Assembly: GCA_963737655.1 (NCBI GenBank) | Contig: CAVTTN010000002.1 | Span: 2,912,001-2,976,000, forward strand | Direction: 5' to 3' | DNA length: 64,000 bases | Source of the DNA: an uncultured Planctomycetota bacterium | GTDB taxonomy: Bacteria; Planctomycetota; Planctomycetia; Isosphaerales; Isosphaeraceae | In this document: positions 10,408-19,505 of the stretch, one piece after another | How the letters are laid out: every line of letters starts with the position of its first letter | Position numbering within the stretch: position 1 is the stretch's first letter | Notes under the pieces: generated by a model | What the model saw: the letters and a program-made list of their open reading frames with translations, nothing else | The model's database searches: none | What the model was told of the DNA's origin: nothing | Made by a program: the position numbers and the translations under genes

Positions 10408-11607
10408 TTACTTCGACAGGTTCTCGAACAGGTAAAGCCCGCTCTTGCCGGGGCAGAGCAGGTCGATGTCGCCGTCGCCGTCGATGTCGATGGCGGTCAT
10501 CTCGAGGCCGGTGCCGGCGGTCCCGGGGGGGAAGTCCTTCTGGGCGTCGCGCTTGCCGCCTTCCTTCGGGGCGTCCTTGGCGGCCTCCCCGGTGAAGATC
10601 GGGTGCTTCTTCCAGGACTTCGACTCCTTGTCGAAGGTGTAATAGGTCACCTGGGGCGCCTCGACGTCTCCGGGCTCGACCTCGTGGGCGTACACGCGCT
10701 TGCCGGTGACGAGCTCGTCCTTCTTGCCGTCGCCGTCGAGGTCCGCCCAGAGCAGGGTGTGGACCGAGGACTGGGTGTCGTCGATCACCATCGGCTTGGA
10801 CCACGTCCGCTCGCCTCCCGAGCCTTTCTCCTGCTTGACCCACATCAGGTTGCGGGCGTGGCCCATCCCGTAGACGAGGTCGGCCAGGCCGTCGCCATCG
10901 ACGTCCTTGCCGAGGATCTGGATGCCCGTGGCGCCGAGGTTGAACTCGGGGTGCCACTTCCAGCCGGCCGGGGAGTGGTCTTCGGTCGCCTCGAACCAGC
11001 CCTTGGGCGTGATCAGGTCGAGCTTGCCGTCGCCGTTGACGTCCCCGGTGCCCACGCCGTGGCTGGCGGCGGCGGTGCCCAGGTCATACTTCTTCCACTT
11101 CGGCTCCGGGCCGGCCTTCTCCAGCTCGTAGAAGACGACCACGTTCACCGTGTTCGGCAGGATCTCCGGCTTGCCGTCTCCGGTGAGATCGACGGCCACG
11201 GCGGCCTCGCTCGGCCCGGGGAGGTCGATCTCGTGATAGGTCCAGGTCTTGCCGGGCGAGCCCGGGTTCTCGACCCAGCCGATGTTCTTGCCGAAGTACG
11301 AGCAGGACACGAAGTCCATCTTGCCGTCGGCGTTGACGTCCATCGGGATCGTCGAGAAGCAGTTGTAGTACGTGCCGACCTTCTGGACCTCGCGGACGGG
11401 GAACGACTCCTTGAAGTCCGGCCCCTTGTACCAGGTCGTCCCGGAGACGACGTCCAGCTTGCCATCGCCATCGACGTCGAACGCCCCGGCGGCCTCGAAG
11501 ACGCTCCTGGGGTTGATGTCATGCTTCTTCCAGCGGACCTCCGGAGCCGCGGCCAGGGCGGAGGACGTCAAGGCCGCGAGGGCGATCGCGGCAAGAGGGC
11601 GGTTCAT
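10408..11607 (-). CDS. secreted FG-GAP/VCBS repeat protein
   Basis: Signal peptide followed by repeated D-x-D/N-G-D-G-x-x-D motifs. Confidence 0.88.
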   Translation of the reverse strand: MNRPLAAIALAALTSSALAAAPEVRWKKHDINPRSVFEAAGAFDVDGDGKLDVVSGTTWYKGPDFKESFPVREVQKVGTYYNCFSTIPMDVNADGKMDFVSCSYFGKNIGWVENPGSPGKTWTYHEIDLPGPSEAAVAVDLTGDGKPEILPNTVNVVVFYELEKAGPEPKWKKYDLGTAAASHGVGTGDVNGDGKLDLITPKGWFEATEDHSPAGWKWHPEFNLGATGIQILGKDVDGDGLADLVYGMGHARNLMWVKQEKGSGGERTWSKPMVIDDTQSSVHTLLWADLDGDGKKDELVTGKRVYAHEVEPGDVEAPQVTYYTFDKESKSWKKHPIFTGEAAKDAPKEGGKRDAQKDFPPGTAGTGLEMTAIDIDGDGDIDLLCPGKSGLYLFENLSK

Positions 11608-11690
11608 GGCGGGTATTCCTCGGTCGGCGGGAAGAGGTCCGATGCAGAAGGCAGAGTAACCGACCCCGAGGCGCCGACCAAGGGGCGTCT

Positions 11691-12168
11691 TCATCGGATC
11701 AGCGTCGCGACGCCGCCGAAGCGAGTCCATCGAGGCGACTTCCCGTCCGGGGCGGCATCCGGGTCGATCCGCAAGCCCGCCTTCTCGTCGAACCAGCCGC
11801 TGTCGCCATGGTCGAGGAAACGCAGGCCGACGCCTTGCTCATCGAGGAAGCGGACCCGGAGCGAGGAGACCCTCCTCGCTCCGAAGGACCAGGGGAGAAC
11901 GATGGAGCGCCGAGTCCTCCCGGACGACCAGTTGTCCTCGAAGGAACTTGAGGACCGCCCCGGGGCTCGCCGTCTGAATCCGGCGATGGAGGCCGATTCG
12001 GGGGTCCGGCTCGGGCACGAAGACCGGCTCGGGCCGCCTCGCCAGGGGCCGGCGTTTCGAGAGTTGGAAAACGATCACCAGGGCCGACAACACCGCCAGC
12101 AGCCCCAACAATCGCCCGAGGCGTCGTCGTCGGCGGATCGGTGTGGAGTGCGGGCCGGGATCGCTCAT
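11691..12168 (-). CDS. hypothetical membrane-anchored protein, probably frameshifted
   Basis: Basic patch plus one TM segment (LLGLLAVLSALVIVF). A plausible C-terminus (LRVRFLDEQGVGLRFLD...FGGVATLIR*) lies in another frame. Confidence 0.4.
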
Positions 12169-12329
12169 GGGGATCGTCCCTCCGGAGTTCCGGTTCGCGA
12201 GCCGCCGGGACGAGGCTCGCATATTTCGCCGGCCCGGGCGAATATCATCCCACGGGCCGATCGCGACGGTGCGTTCCGGGAGGTTTCCCGGTCGGGTCCC
12301 GCCGGGTCGTCTCTCGAAGGAGTTCGTCG

Positions 12330-13387
12330 ATGGGTTCCGTGATCCTGCTGGTCTGCCTCCTGGGCGCGGGGCTGTTCTCGGGCTGGGTCGGTCTCCGGGG
12401 GGGACGGAAAACGGGAGAGGACTTCCGCCGCGCCCGATCGCCCTATCTCCTGGGATCGGCCGCGTGCCTCGGGCTCATGGCGCTCCTGGCCGTCTACCGG
12501 TGCGTGGTGGTGGTGCCCCCGGGCAACGTGGGCGTGGCCGTGGTGTTCGGCAAGGTGGTGAACGAGCCTTTGGGGAACGGCATCCACTTCTTGCCCCCCT
12601 GGTACAACCTCGAGATCCTCAACGCCCGGACGCAGTCCTACACCATGAGCCACGTCCACGACGAAGGGTCCAAGGCCGGCGACGACTCGATCGCCGTGCT
12701 GACCTCCAACGGGATGGAGATGAAGCTGGACGTGACCGTGACCTATCGTCTCCTCCCGGCCGCCGCGCCCTGGGTCTATCGCAACCTGGGCGAGGAGTAC
12801 GAGGACCGCCTGATCCGCCCCGGGATCGGCACGGCGATCCGCGAGGCCGTGTCCAAGTTCTCCGACGAGGAGGTCTACGGAGTGAGGCGCGAGCAACTGG
12901 CCGACGGCATGCTCGCCCGCCTGACCAGCTCGCTCCAGAGGACCATCCGGGGCGACTACGCCGACGCCCCGGAGAAGGTTTTTAGCGTGTCCAACGTCCT
13001 GGTCCGCAACATCGCCCTGCCGCCGACGGTCGTCGAGGGGATCAACCGCAAACTCGTGATGAAGCAAGAAAGCGAGAGGATGGAGTTCCAGATCGAGCGC
13101 GATCGCAAGGAAGCCGAGCGCAAGGTGGTCGAGGCGAAGGGAATCCAGGACTCCCAGGCGATCATCGCCAAGGGGATCACGCCCGATTACCTCACCTGGA
13201 AGAGCATCGAGGCCACCGAGATGCTCGCGGCAGCCCCAACGCCAAGATCATCGTCATCGGCAACACCCGCAACGGCCTGCCGATCATGCTCGATCAGTCC
13301 GTCCCGCCGTCGCCCGGGGCGCTCACCGCCGAGGAAAAGGAAGGGAGGCGCAGCGGAGCGACCTCCGGGACGAACAATACGCGGTGA
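12330..13387 (+). CDS. prohibitin/SPFH (band 7) family protein; frameshift near 13228
   Basis: Motifs VVVPPGNVGV..FGKV, GIHFLPPW, LDVTVTY, NVLVRNIALP, EAERKVVEAKG. The tail SPNAKIIVIG...GLPIML is in a shifted frame ending at TGA 13387. Confidence 0.85.
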
Positions 13388-13444
13388 CCGAAGGATTCCG
13401 GCAAGTCAGGTCGCCCGGACGCCTCCCAGGGCGTCGGGGCGACG

Positions 13445-13759
13445 CTACTCCTCCAGATCGTCTTCCTGCTCATCCTCGTCCTCATCCACCTCCCAGCCGA
13501 GGCGGCGGGCGGCCGTCTCGACCAGCGTCCGGGACTCGGATTCGGAGGCGTCGTGGACCTCGAAGTTGATCGCCTCGACTGTTGCGCCGCTGAGCACGAC
13601 GTAACCACGAAGCCGGAGCGGCCCGACCTCGATCCAGGCCACTCCGGAACCCTCGGGGACGATCGTCGCCGGGTGGCCGAGCTCCAGGAACGCCAAGGCC
13701 CAGGCGTCCAGCCCGATCGGGGGCGCATCGTGCGACGGGAGGGCGAGAAGCTCGATCAT
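13445..13759 (-). CDS. hypothetical protein with acidic C-terminal tail
   Basis: 104-aa ORF with typical codon usage that fills the gap between genes. Confidence 0.65.
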   Translation of the reverse strand: MIELLALPSHDAPPIGLDAWALAFLELGHPATIVPEGSGVAWIEVGPLRLRGYVVLSGATVEAINFEVHDASESESRTLVETAARRLGWEVDEDEDEQEDDLEE

Positions 13760-13785
13760 CCAGGGTCCTCGGGATCGAAGGATGC

Positions 13786-13888
13786 CTCTCCGGGTGGCAT
13801 GCTCACGGGGACGTGAGCATATCTTCGGTCACGATGGGCAGAAATCCGAAGACATGCTCACGGGGACGTGAGCATGCCACCCGGAGAG
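13786..13888. repeat. REP/REPIN-like element family A (CCGGGTGGCATGCT...AGCATGCCACCCGG)
   Basis: Inverted pair of internally palindromic units; related copies at 32983, 46485 and 51345. Confidence 0.85.
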
Positions 13889-13902
13889 CATGCGAGTTCT
13901 CG

Positions 13903-15183
13903 TCAGACCTTCGGCAACGCCCACGGCGCCCGGTATTCGGTCCGGGCGAGGTGCTGATTCGCGGCTTCGCTGTTGGTGAATCGCTCGGCCTTGCCGTCCC
14001 ACTTGAGCTTCTCGCCGGTCCACAGGGCGATGTTGCCGAGGTGGCCCATCGTGGTGAGCTTGTGGCCGTACTCGAAGTTGCAGGAGCAGAGGTCCCGGGT
14101 CTTGATCGCGTTCAGCCACTCGCGATGGTGGCCGGGCGACCTGGCCAGCGTCGGCTCCGGGAGCTTGATCTCGCGGCCCTTCTCGGGGATGACCTCGAAC
14201 GAGCCGTAATCGGCCACGAGCGAGCCTTCGGTGCCCTGGAACATGATTCCGAGGCCCTTCCGCTCGATCCCCAGGGAGCTGGCCTGCGTGTGGCTCCACA
14301 CGAGGTCGAACCCCGGGGCGAAGTGGTACAGGACTTCCAGGGTGTCGGGCGTCTCGGCGTTGTCATCGATCGCGTACCGCCCTCCGGTGGCGGTGATCGT
14401 CTCGGGGCTCTCGACCTTCATCCCCCAGAGGATCGGGTCGATGATGTGGCAGCAGAAATCCATGAGCTGGCCGCCGGCATAGTCCCAGAACCACCGCCAG
14501 TTGAAGGTGAAGCGGTTGCGGTTGAAGGCCCGTTTCGGCGCGGGGCCGAGCCAGAAGTCGTAATCCAGGCCCGGAGGGGCCGCCTCGTCGGCCGGCTTGC
14601 CCAGGTTCCCCGCCATCGAGGCCATCCACGTCCGGCACTTGGTGATCTTGCCCAGGACGCCCGATTGCACGATCTCCGCCACGCGATGGTAGTTCTCGGT
14701 GGCGTGGATCAGGTTGCCCATCTGGGTGACCCGCTTGAACTTCGCGGAGGCGTCGGCCACGGCGCGGCCCTCGGCGATCCGGTAGGCCAGCGGCTTCTCG
14801 CAATAGACGTCCTTGCCGGCCTGGCAGGCCAGGAGCGTGGGGATGGCGTGCCAGTGGTCGGGCGTGGCGATCACGACGGCGTCGATATCCTTGCGGTCGA
14901 GCACGCGGCGGAAGTCGCCGAACGCCTCGGGCTTGCCGTCGGCCTCGGACTTCGCCCGGAGCAGGTGCGGTTCGTAGACGTCGCACACGGCGGCCACGCG
15001 GACGTCGGGCATCCCCTTGAAGATGTCCAGGAGGCCGCTGCCCATCCCCCCCACGCCGATGAACCCCAGGGAGATCGTCTCATTGGGCCCGGCCTTCTTC
15101 GGCTCGTCCCCCCGGGCCATCATCGAAGAGGCCGCGACGGCCGAGGCGGCGGCGAGGAACTGGCGACGCGAGGGATGGGTCAT
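13903..15183 (-). CDS. Tat-exported Gfo/Idh/MocA family oxidoreductase
   Basis: Motifs SRRQFL, GFIGVGGMG, IATPDHWH, DVYCEKP, WDYAGGQLMD..H. Confidence 0.93.
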   Translation of the reverse strand: MTHPSRRQFLAAASAVAASSMMARGDEPKKAGPNETISLGFIGVGGMGSGLLDIFKGMPDVRVAAVCDVYEPHLLRAKSEADGKPEAFGDFRRVLDRKDIDAVVIATPDHWHAIPTLLACQAGKDVYCEKPLAYRIAEGRAVADASAKFKRVTQMGNLIHATENYHRVAEIVQSGVLGKITKCRTWMASMAGNLGKPADEAAPPGLDYDFWLGPAPKRAFNRNRFTFNWRWFWDYAGGQLMDFCCHIIDPILWGMKVESPETITATGGRYAIDDNAETPDTLEVLYHFAPGFDLVWSHTQASSLGIERKGLGIMFQGTEGSLVADYGSFEVIPEKGREIKLPEPTLARSPGHHREWLNAIKTRDLCSCNFEYGHKLTTMGHLGNIALWTGEKLKWDGKAERFTNSEAANQHLARTEYRAPWALPKV

Positions 15184-15289
15184 GATGGCTCGGGCTCCGA
15201 GATGAGGGGGCGATCGCGGCGTCTTCTCGCGTTCCTAACAGAGCCATCGGCCCGTCACAAGCCGTCACCCCGCGATTCCGAGGGGCCGA

Positions 15290-15634
15290 TCAGTACCGCC
15301 GGACCGTCGGATCGACGCCGAGGGACCAGGCGTCGATGCCTCCGTCCAGGTTGGCCACCGGGCCGACCCCCTGAGCGGCCAGCCATCGGGCGGCGGCCAT
15401 CGAGCGGACCCCGTGATGGCAGTAGACGACCAGGAGACCGCCCAGGGCCCGGACCTCGTCCAGGCGGGCCGGGATCTCCCCGAGGGGGACGTGGACGTTG
15501 CCCACGCCCTCCGGGACGGCGATCGCGGCCATCGCCCGCTCCTCCGGCTCACGGACGTCCAGCAAGGTCAGCGGGGAACCCTCCCCGAGCCGCCCGCGGA
15601 GGTCGAAGACCGTCAGTCGTTGCGGATTCTCCAT
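15290..15634 (-). CDS. rhodanese-like domain protein
   Basis: Motifs [28 protein letters not shown]. Confidence 0.9.
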   Translation of the reverse strand: MENPQRLTVFDLRGRLGEGSPLTLLDVREPEERAMAAIAVPEGVGNVHVPLGEIPARLDEVRALGGLLVVYCHHGVRSMAAARWLAAQGVGPVANLDGGIDAWSLGVDPTVRRY

Positions 15635-15957
15635 TTCGTCCCCTTTGGCTCTCATCCGACCCCGAGAAACCGATCGAAACCCGACTTTATCGGGCGATCG
15701 GCCCGAGGCCGACAGGGTTTTGGAGCGTTGGCGAGATTTTTCCGGGATTTCGGGCCGGTCGTCGCGTCACAATCGCTCCCGAGAGACGTACTATCCCGAT
15801 GGATTCGATCCGCCACGCACCGACGCGACGGTCTGCGCCCAGGGTGCGCACCCCCGGCGAGTCGGGCGGGTTGCCCTTCCCCGCGGCGGCTGGATCGGAC
15901 AAGATGCAGGTCCAGGTGACCTGGATTTGGAATCATGGAGAAGGGAGGGGGGCCACG

Positions 15958-16883
15958 ATGAGCCTCGACCTGGGACCGGGGACCGCCCGGATCGGCTGGA
16001 TCGGCACGGGAGTCATGGGGGCGTCGATGTGCGGCCACCTGATGGCCGCCGGGTATCGCGCCACCGTGTTCAACCGCTCGCCGGAGAAGGCCAGGGGGCT
16101 GGTGGATCGCGGGGCGAAGCTCGCCCCGTCGCCCCGGGCCGTGGCCGAGGCGTCGGACGTGGTCTTCACCATCGTCGGCTTCCCCAGGGACGTCCGCGAG
16201 GTCACGCTGGGCCCCGACGGGATCCTCGCCGGCTCGCGGCCCGGGATGGTCGTGGTGGACATGACCACCAGCGAGCCGGCCTTGGCCGTGGAGATCCACG
16301 CGAAGGCGGCCGAGGTCGGCGTGGCCTCGGTCGATGCGCCGGTCTCCGGCGGGGACGTGGGCGCGAAGGAAGCCCGGCTGTCGATCATGGTCGGCGGCGA
16401 CGACGAGACGGTGGCCGCCCTGATGCCGCTGTTCCAGCTGATGGGCAAGACGATCGTCCACCAGGGCCCCCCGGCGCGGGCCAGCACACGAAGATGGTGA
16501 ATCAAATCCTCATCGCCTCGAACATGGTGGGCGTTTGCGAGGCCCTGCTCTACGCTTCCAGAGCGGGGCTGGACCCGACGTCGGTGTTGCAGTCCGTGGG
16601 CAGCGGGGCGGCGGGCTCGTGGAGCCTGAACAACCTGGGGCCTCGGATCATCGCCGGGCGGTTCGAGCCGGGTTTCTTCGTCGAGCATTTCCTCAAAGAC
16701 ATGGGGATTGCCTTGTCTGAGGCCCGGCGTTTGCGTATTGCGCTGCCGGGCCTGGCCCTTGCGGAAACGCTGTACCGGGCCGTGGAAGCCCAGGGTCACG
16801 GGCGGGACGGGACCCACGCGTTGATGCTCGCCCTGGCCCAACTCTCCGGAGAGGAGTGGCCGGGGACGGCCCCCAAATCATGA
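15958..16883 (+). CDS. NAD(P)-dependent beta-hydroxyacid dehydrogenase (3-hydroxyisobutyrate dehydrogenase family); frameshift near 16470
   Basis: Motifs [22 protein letters not shown], then [11 protein letters not shown] and KDMGIAL in a shifted frame; the indel lies in a C run. Confidence 0.88.
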
Positions 16884-17350
16884 GTCACCTCGCCTGGATC
16901 CCGTTCGATCGAGCCGCCGGGGGCCGGCCCACGATGCCCGAACCCGCCATCGGACCCCCCTCGCCCCGGTCCTCGCCGGACCGCCGCCGCGTCCTGCTCG
17001 TGGACGACAACGCCGAGGGCCGCCGCGCCCTGGCCCGCCTCCTGGAACTCCACGACTTCGAGGTGACGGCCGCCGCCGACGGCACCTCGGCGCTGGCCGC
17101 CCTCCAGGACGTGCCCCCGCCGGAGATCGTCGTCACCGACCTCTTCCTGCCCGATATCGACGGCCGGGAGATCGCCCGGGCGGCCCACGACCTGGTCCCC
17201 CAGCCCGTCGTGGTGATGATCACCGGCTGGGATTTCGGCCGGGACATGCCCGACCGCGAAGCCTGGGGCATCGACCACCTCTTCCTCAAGCCCCTGAACG
17301 TCACGGACCTCGTCACGTTCCTCCGAACCGAGGCCGGGACCCGGGATTAG
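16880..17350 (+). CDS. single-domain response regulator (alternative start 16934)
   Basis: Motifs [29 protein letters not shown] overlap with the upstream gene. Confidence 0.85.
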   Translation: MSHLAWIPFDRAAGGRPTMPEPAIGPPSPRSSPDRRRVLLVDDNAEGRRALARLLELHDFEVTAAADGTSALAALQDVPPPEIVVTDLFLPDIDGREIARAAHDLVPQPVVVMITGWDFGRDMPDREAWGIDHLFLKPLNVTDLVTFLRTEAGTRD

Positions 17351-17410
17351 ACGCCCGGAACGCTTCCGAAGCCGCGTTTTCCGGTTTCGAGGGGTTTCGG
17401 CCGGACGCAT

Positions 17411-17492
17411 TTTTGGGTGGCATCGGTTCCGTCCCCGGGACCCGTGAGGGTCGTCCCACGGGTCCCGGGGACGGAACCCATGCCACCCAAAA
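17411..17492. repeat. REP-like long hairpin (GGGTGGCAT-headed, related at its termini to family A)
   Basis: TTTTGGGTGGCATCGGTTCCGTCCCCGGGACCCGTG pairs with CACGGGTCCCGGGGACGGAACCCATGCCACCCAAAA. Confidence 0.8.
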
Positions 17493-17561
17493 CCCTTGGG
17501 AAGAATCGTCCACCGAGAAGGCAACGGCCCGGCCGAAACGGCCCAAGGCCGGGCGTGCCCC

Positions 17562-17590
17562 TTGTGCAATCGTCCGGGTTGCGTTAAGAT
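17562..17590 (+). promoter_or_regulatory. putative sigma70 promoter
   Basis: TTGTGC-N17-TAAGAT upstream of the small basic ORF. Confidence 0.5.
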
Positions 17591-17668
17591 CCCATGCTTT
17601 CCCGCCAAGCGAACGGGCGGGTCCGAACCGTCTTGTCCCGTCGTCGAATTCATTCGCCAGGAGTCCGT

Positions 17669-17758
17669 ATGGCCAGCCGCCGCCGAGGGAAAGGTCGCCG
17701 CAAGGTCGGTCGCAAGAAGCGCCGGATGCGCAGCCGCATTCGCCATCGCAAGAAGTAG
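17669..17758 (+). CDS. 29-aa highly basic peptide MASRRRGKGRRKVGRKKRRMRSRIRHRKK (candidate small ribosomal protein)
   Basis: Below the ORF-track cutoff. AGGAG RBS at 17659-17663, upstream promoter, clean ATG..TAG. Confidence 0.7.
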   Translation: MASRRRGKGRRKVGRKKRRMRSRIRHRKK

Positions 17759-17843
17759 TCGGATCGTCTCGAATTGTTCGGCGGGGCCCCGGGGCCTACA
17801 ATGGGACGCTCCTCCCATCGTCCCGCCCCGGAGGCCGCCGATC

Positions 17844-18128
17844 GTGGATACGCGCCCGTCCCTGGACCTGCTCGAATCGACCCACCCGTTCCCGGGGATC
17901 TACCAGATCAAGGCGATTGGCTCGGCCGAAGGGGACTTCCCCGGCCGGGTCGTCTCCGCGGTCCTGGAGGAGCTGGCCGGGCCGAGCGAGGTCGAATCGA
18001 CCGTGAGGACCACCCCGGCGGGGCGTCACGTCTCGGTCACGCTCGATCTGACCGTGCAGACGGCCGAGCAAGTCCGGGCGATCTATGCGCGTCTGCGGAC
18101 GGTCGATGGCCTCCAGATGCTGTTCTGA
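17844..18128 (+). CDS. DUF493/YbeD family protein
   Basis: HPFPGIYQIKAIG...TPAGRHVSVTL..V.TAEQV.AIY pattern. Confidence 0.82.
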   Translation: MDTRPSLDLLESTHPFPGIYQIKAIGSAEGDFPGRVVSAVLEELAGPSEVESTVRTTPAGRHVSVTLDLTVQTAEQVRAIYARLRTVDGLQMLF

Positions 18129-18187
18129 TTCGGGCCGACCGGCGTCGGACGGAGACGCGCGGCCCTTCCCTCCGGCGACCCCCCTCC

Positions 18188-19315
18188 ATGAGTGCCTCCC
18201 GGCCCGGTCCTGAGCGGATCGACCTGCTCGGGGCCGACGACCCCCGCGACGTGATCCATCGGGCGGTGGCGTGCCTGGCCCAGGGCGGGGTCGTCGGCCT
18301 GCCGACGGAAACCTCCTACGCCCTGGCGGCCTCGGCCCTCCGCCCGGGCGCGGCGGCCTCTCTTCGAGAGGGCTGGCCGATCTCCGCCTCGCCCCAGGCC
18401 CTCCTGGCGATCGCCCTCCGCGACCCGGAAGAGATCGCCGACTGGGCCCCGGCGCTAGGCCCGATCGGTCGCAAGCTGGCGAGGAGGGCGTGGCCCGGGC
18501 CCGTCGAGCTGGTCGTCTCCGGCGACATCGAGCGGGGCCTGGCCGCGAGGCTCCCTCACGAGAACCGCGGCGAGGTCCTCTCCGGGGGGTCGGTCCGGCT
18601 CCGGGCCCCGGGCCATGAGGTCGTCCGCGAGGTTTTGGAGCTGGTCTCGGGCCCCTTGCTGATCTACCAGCCGTCGGACGTCCTGACCGCCGACGGCCTG
18701 CTGGCGGGGGCCGGGCCGTCGATGGTCCTGGACGACGGCCCCTCGCGGGTTGCCGGGTCGGTCACGGTGGTCCGGCTCGACGGCGACCGCTGGGAGGTGG
18801 CGGCCCCCGGGGTCGTCCCGGCCGAGGCGATCGCCCGGATGACCGGGACGATGCTCCTGTTCGTCTGCACGGGCAACACCTGTCGGAGCCCGATGGCCGA
18901 GGCGCTCTGCCGGGTCTTGCTGGCCGAGAGGCTGGGGTGCGGGCTGGGCGAGGTCGAGTCGCGAGGGTTCGTCGTCGCCTCGGCCGGGCTGGCGGCGGCC
19001 CGGGGCTCGCGGGCCACGCCCGAGGCGGCGCTGGTCGTCCAGGGCCGAGGCGGCTCGCTCCGGGCCCATTCCAGCCGCCAGGTCTCCCCCGCCCTGATCG
19101 CCCAGGCCGACGCCATCCTCGTGATGACCGCCGACCACCGAGACGCCATCCTCGACGCCTTCCCCGAGGCCGAGCCCCGGGTCCGCCTCCTCCACCCGAG
19201 GGGCGACGACGTGGTCGATCCCTACGGCGCCGACCGCGAAACCTACCGACGGACCGCCGAGGCCCTCGAGGCCCATCTGAATCTACTCCTCGATGAGATG
19301 CTCCCCAGGGCTTGA
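18188..19315 (+). CDS. YrdC/Sua5-like domain fused to low-molecular-weight (YwlE-type) phosphatase
   Basis: N-terminal GGVVGLPTETSY and WPGPV; C-terminal FVCTGNTCRSPMAE, SAG, ADAILVM and DVVDPYG. Confidence 0.85.
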   Translation: MSASRPGPERIDLLGADDPRDVIHRAVACLAQGGVVGLPTETSYALAASALRPGAAASLREGWPISASPQALLAIALRDPEEIADWAPALGPIGRKLARRAWPGPVELVVSGDIERGLAARLPHENRGEVLSGGSVRLRAPGHEVVREVLELVSGPLLIYQPSDVLTADGLLAGAGPSMVLDDGPSRVAGSVTVVRLDGDRWEVAAPGVVPAEAIARMTGTMLLFVCTGNTCRSPMAEALCRVLLAERLGCGLGEVESRGFVVASAGLAAARGSRATPEAALVVQGRGGSLRAHSSRQVSPALIAQADAILVMTADHRDAILDAFPEAEPRVRLLHPRGDDVVDPYGADRETYRRTAEALEAHLNLLLDEMLPRA

Positions 19316-19325
19316 ATGCACACCT

Positions 19326-19495
19326 GTAGGGTGCATGAAATGCACCGTCGTGTAGGGTGCATGAAATGCACCGTCGTGTAGGGTGCATGAAATGCACCAA
19401 CCACGAGGCGGGCGAAGCCCACCCGCCATCACCCTTCCTCGTTCCATCCCTCAGGACATCAAATAAGTGCGGACGGTGCATTTCATGCACCCGAC
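19326..19495. repeat. GTAG-type REP family B: three tandem 26-bp units plus one inverted copy
   Basis: GTAGGGTGCATGAAATGCACC at 19326, 19352 and 19378; inverted copy at 19472-19495. Confidence 0.88.
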
Positions 19496-19505
19496 ATGGT
19501 GTCTT

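Noticed and set aside
19326..19398. CRISPR array
   Set aside because: Linkers are identical 5-bp sequences, the unit occurs elsewhere as REP singlets and doublets, and there are no cas genes.
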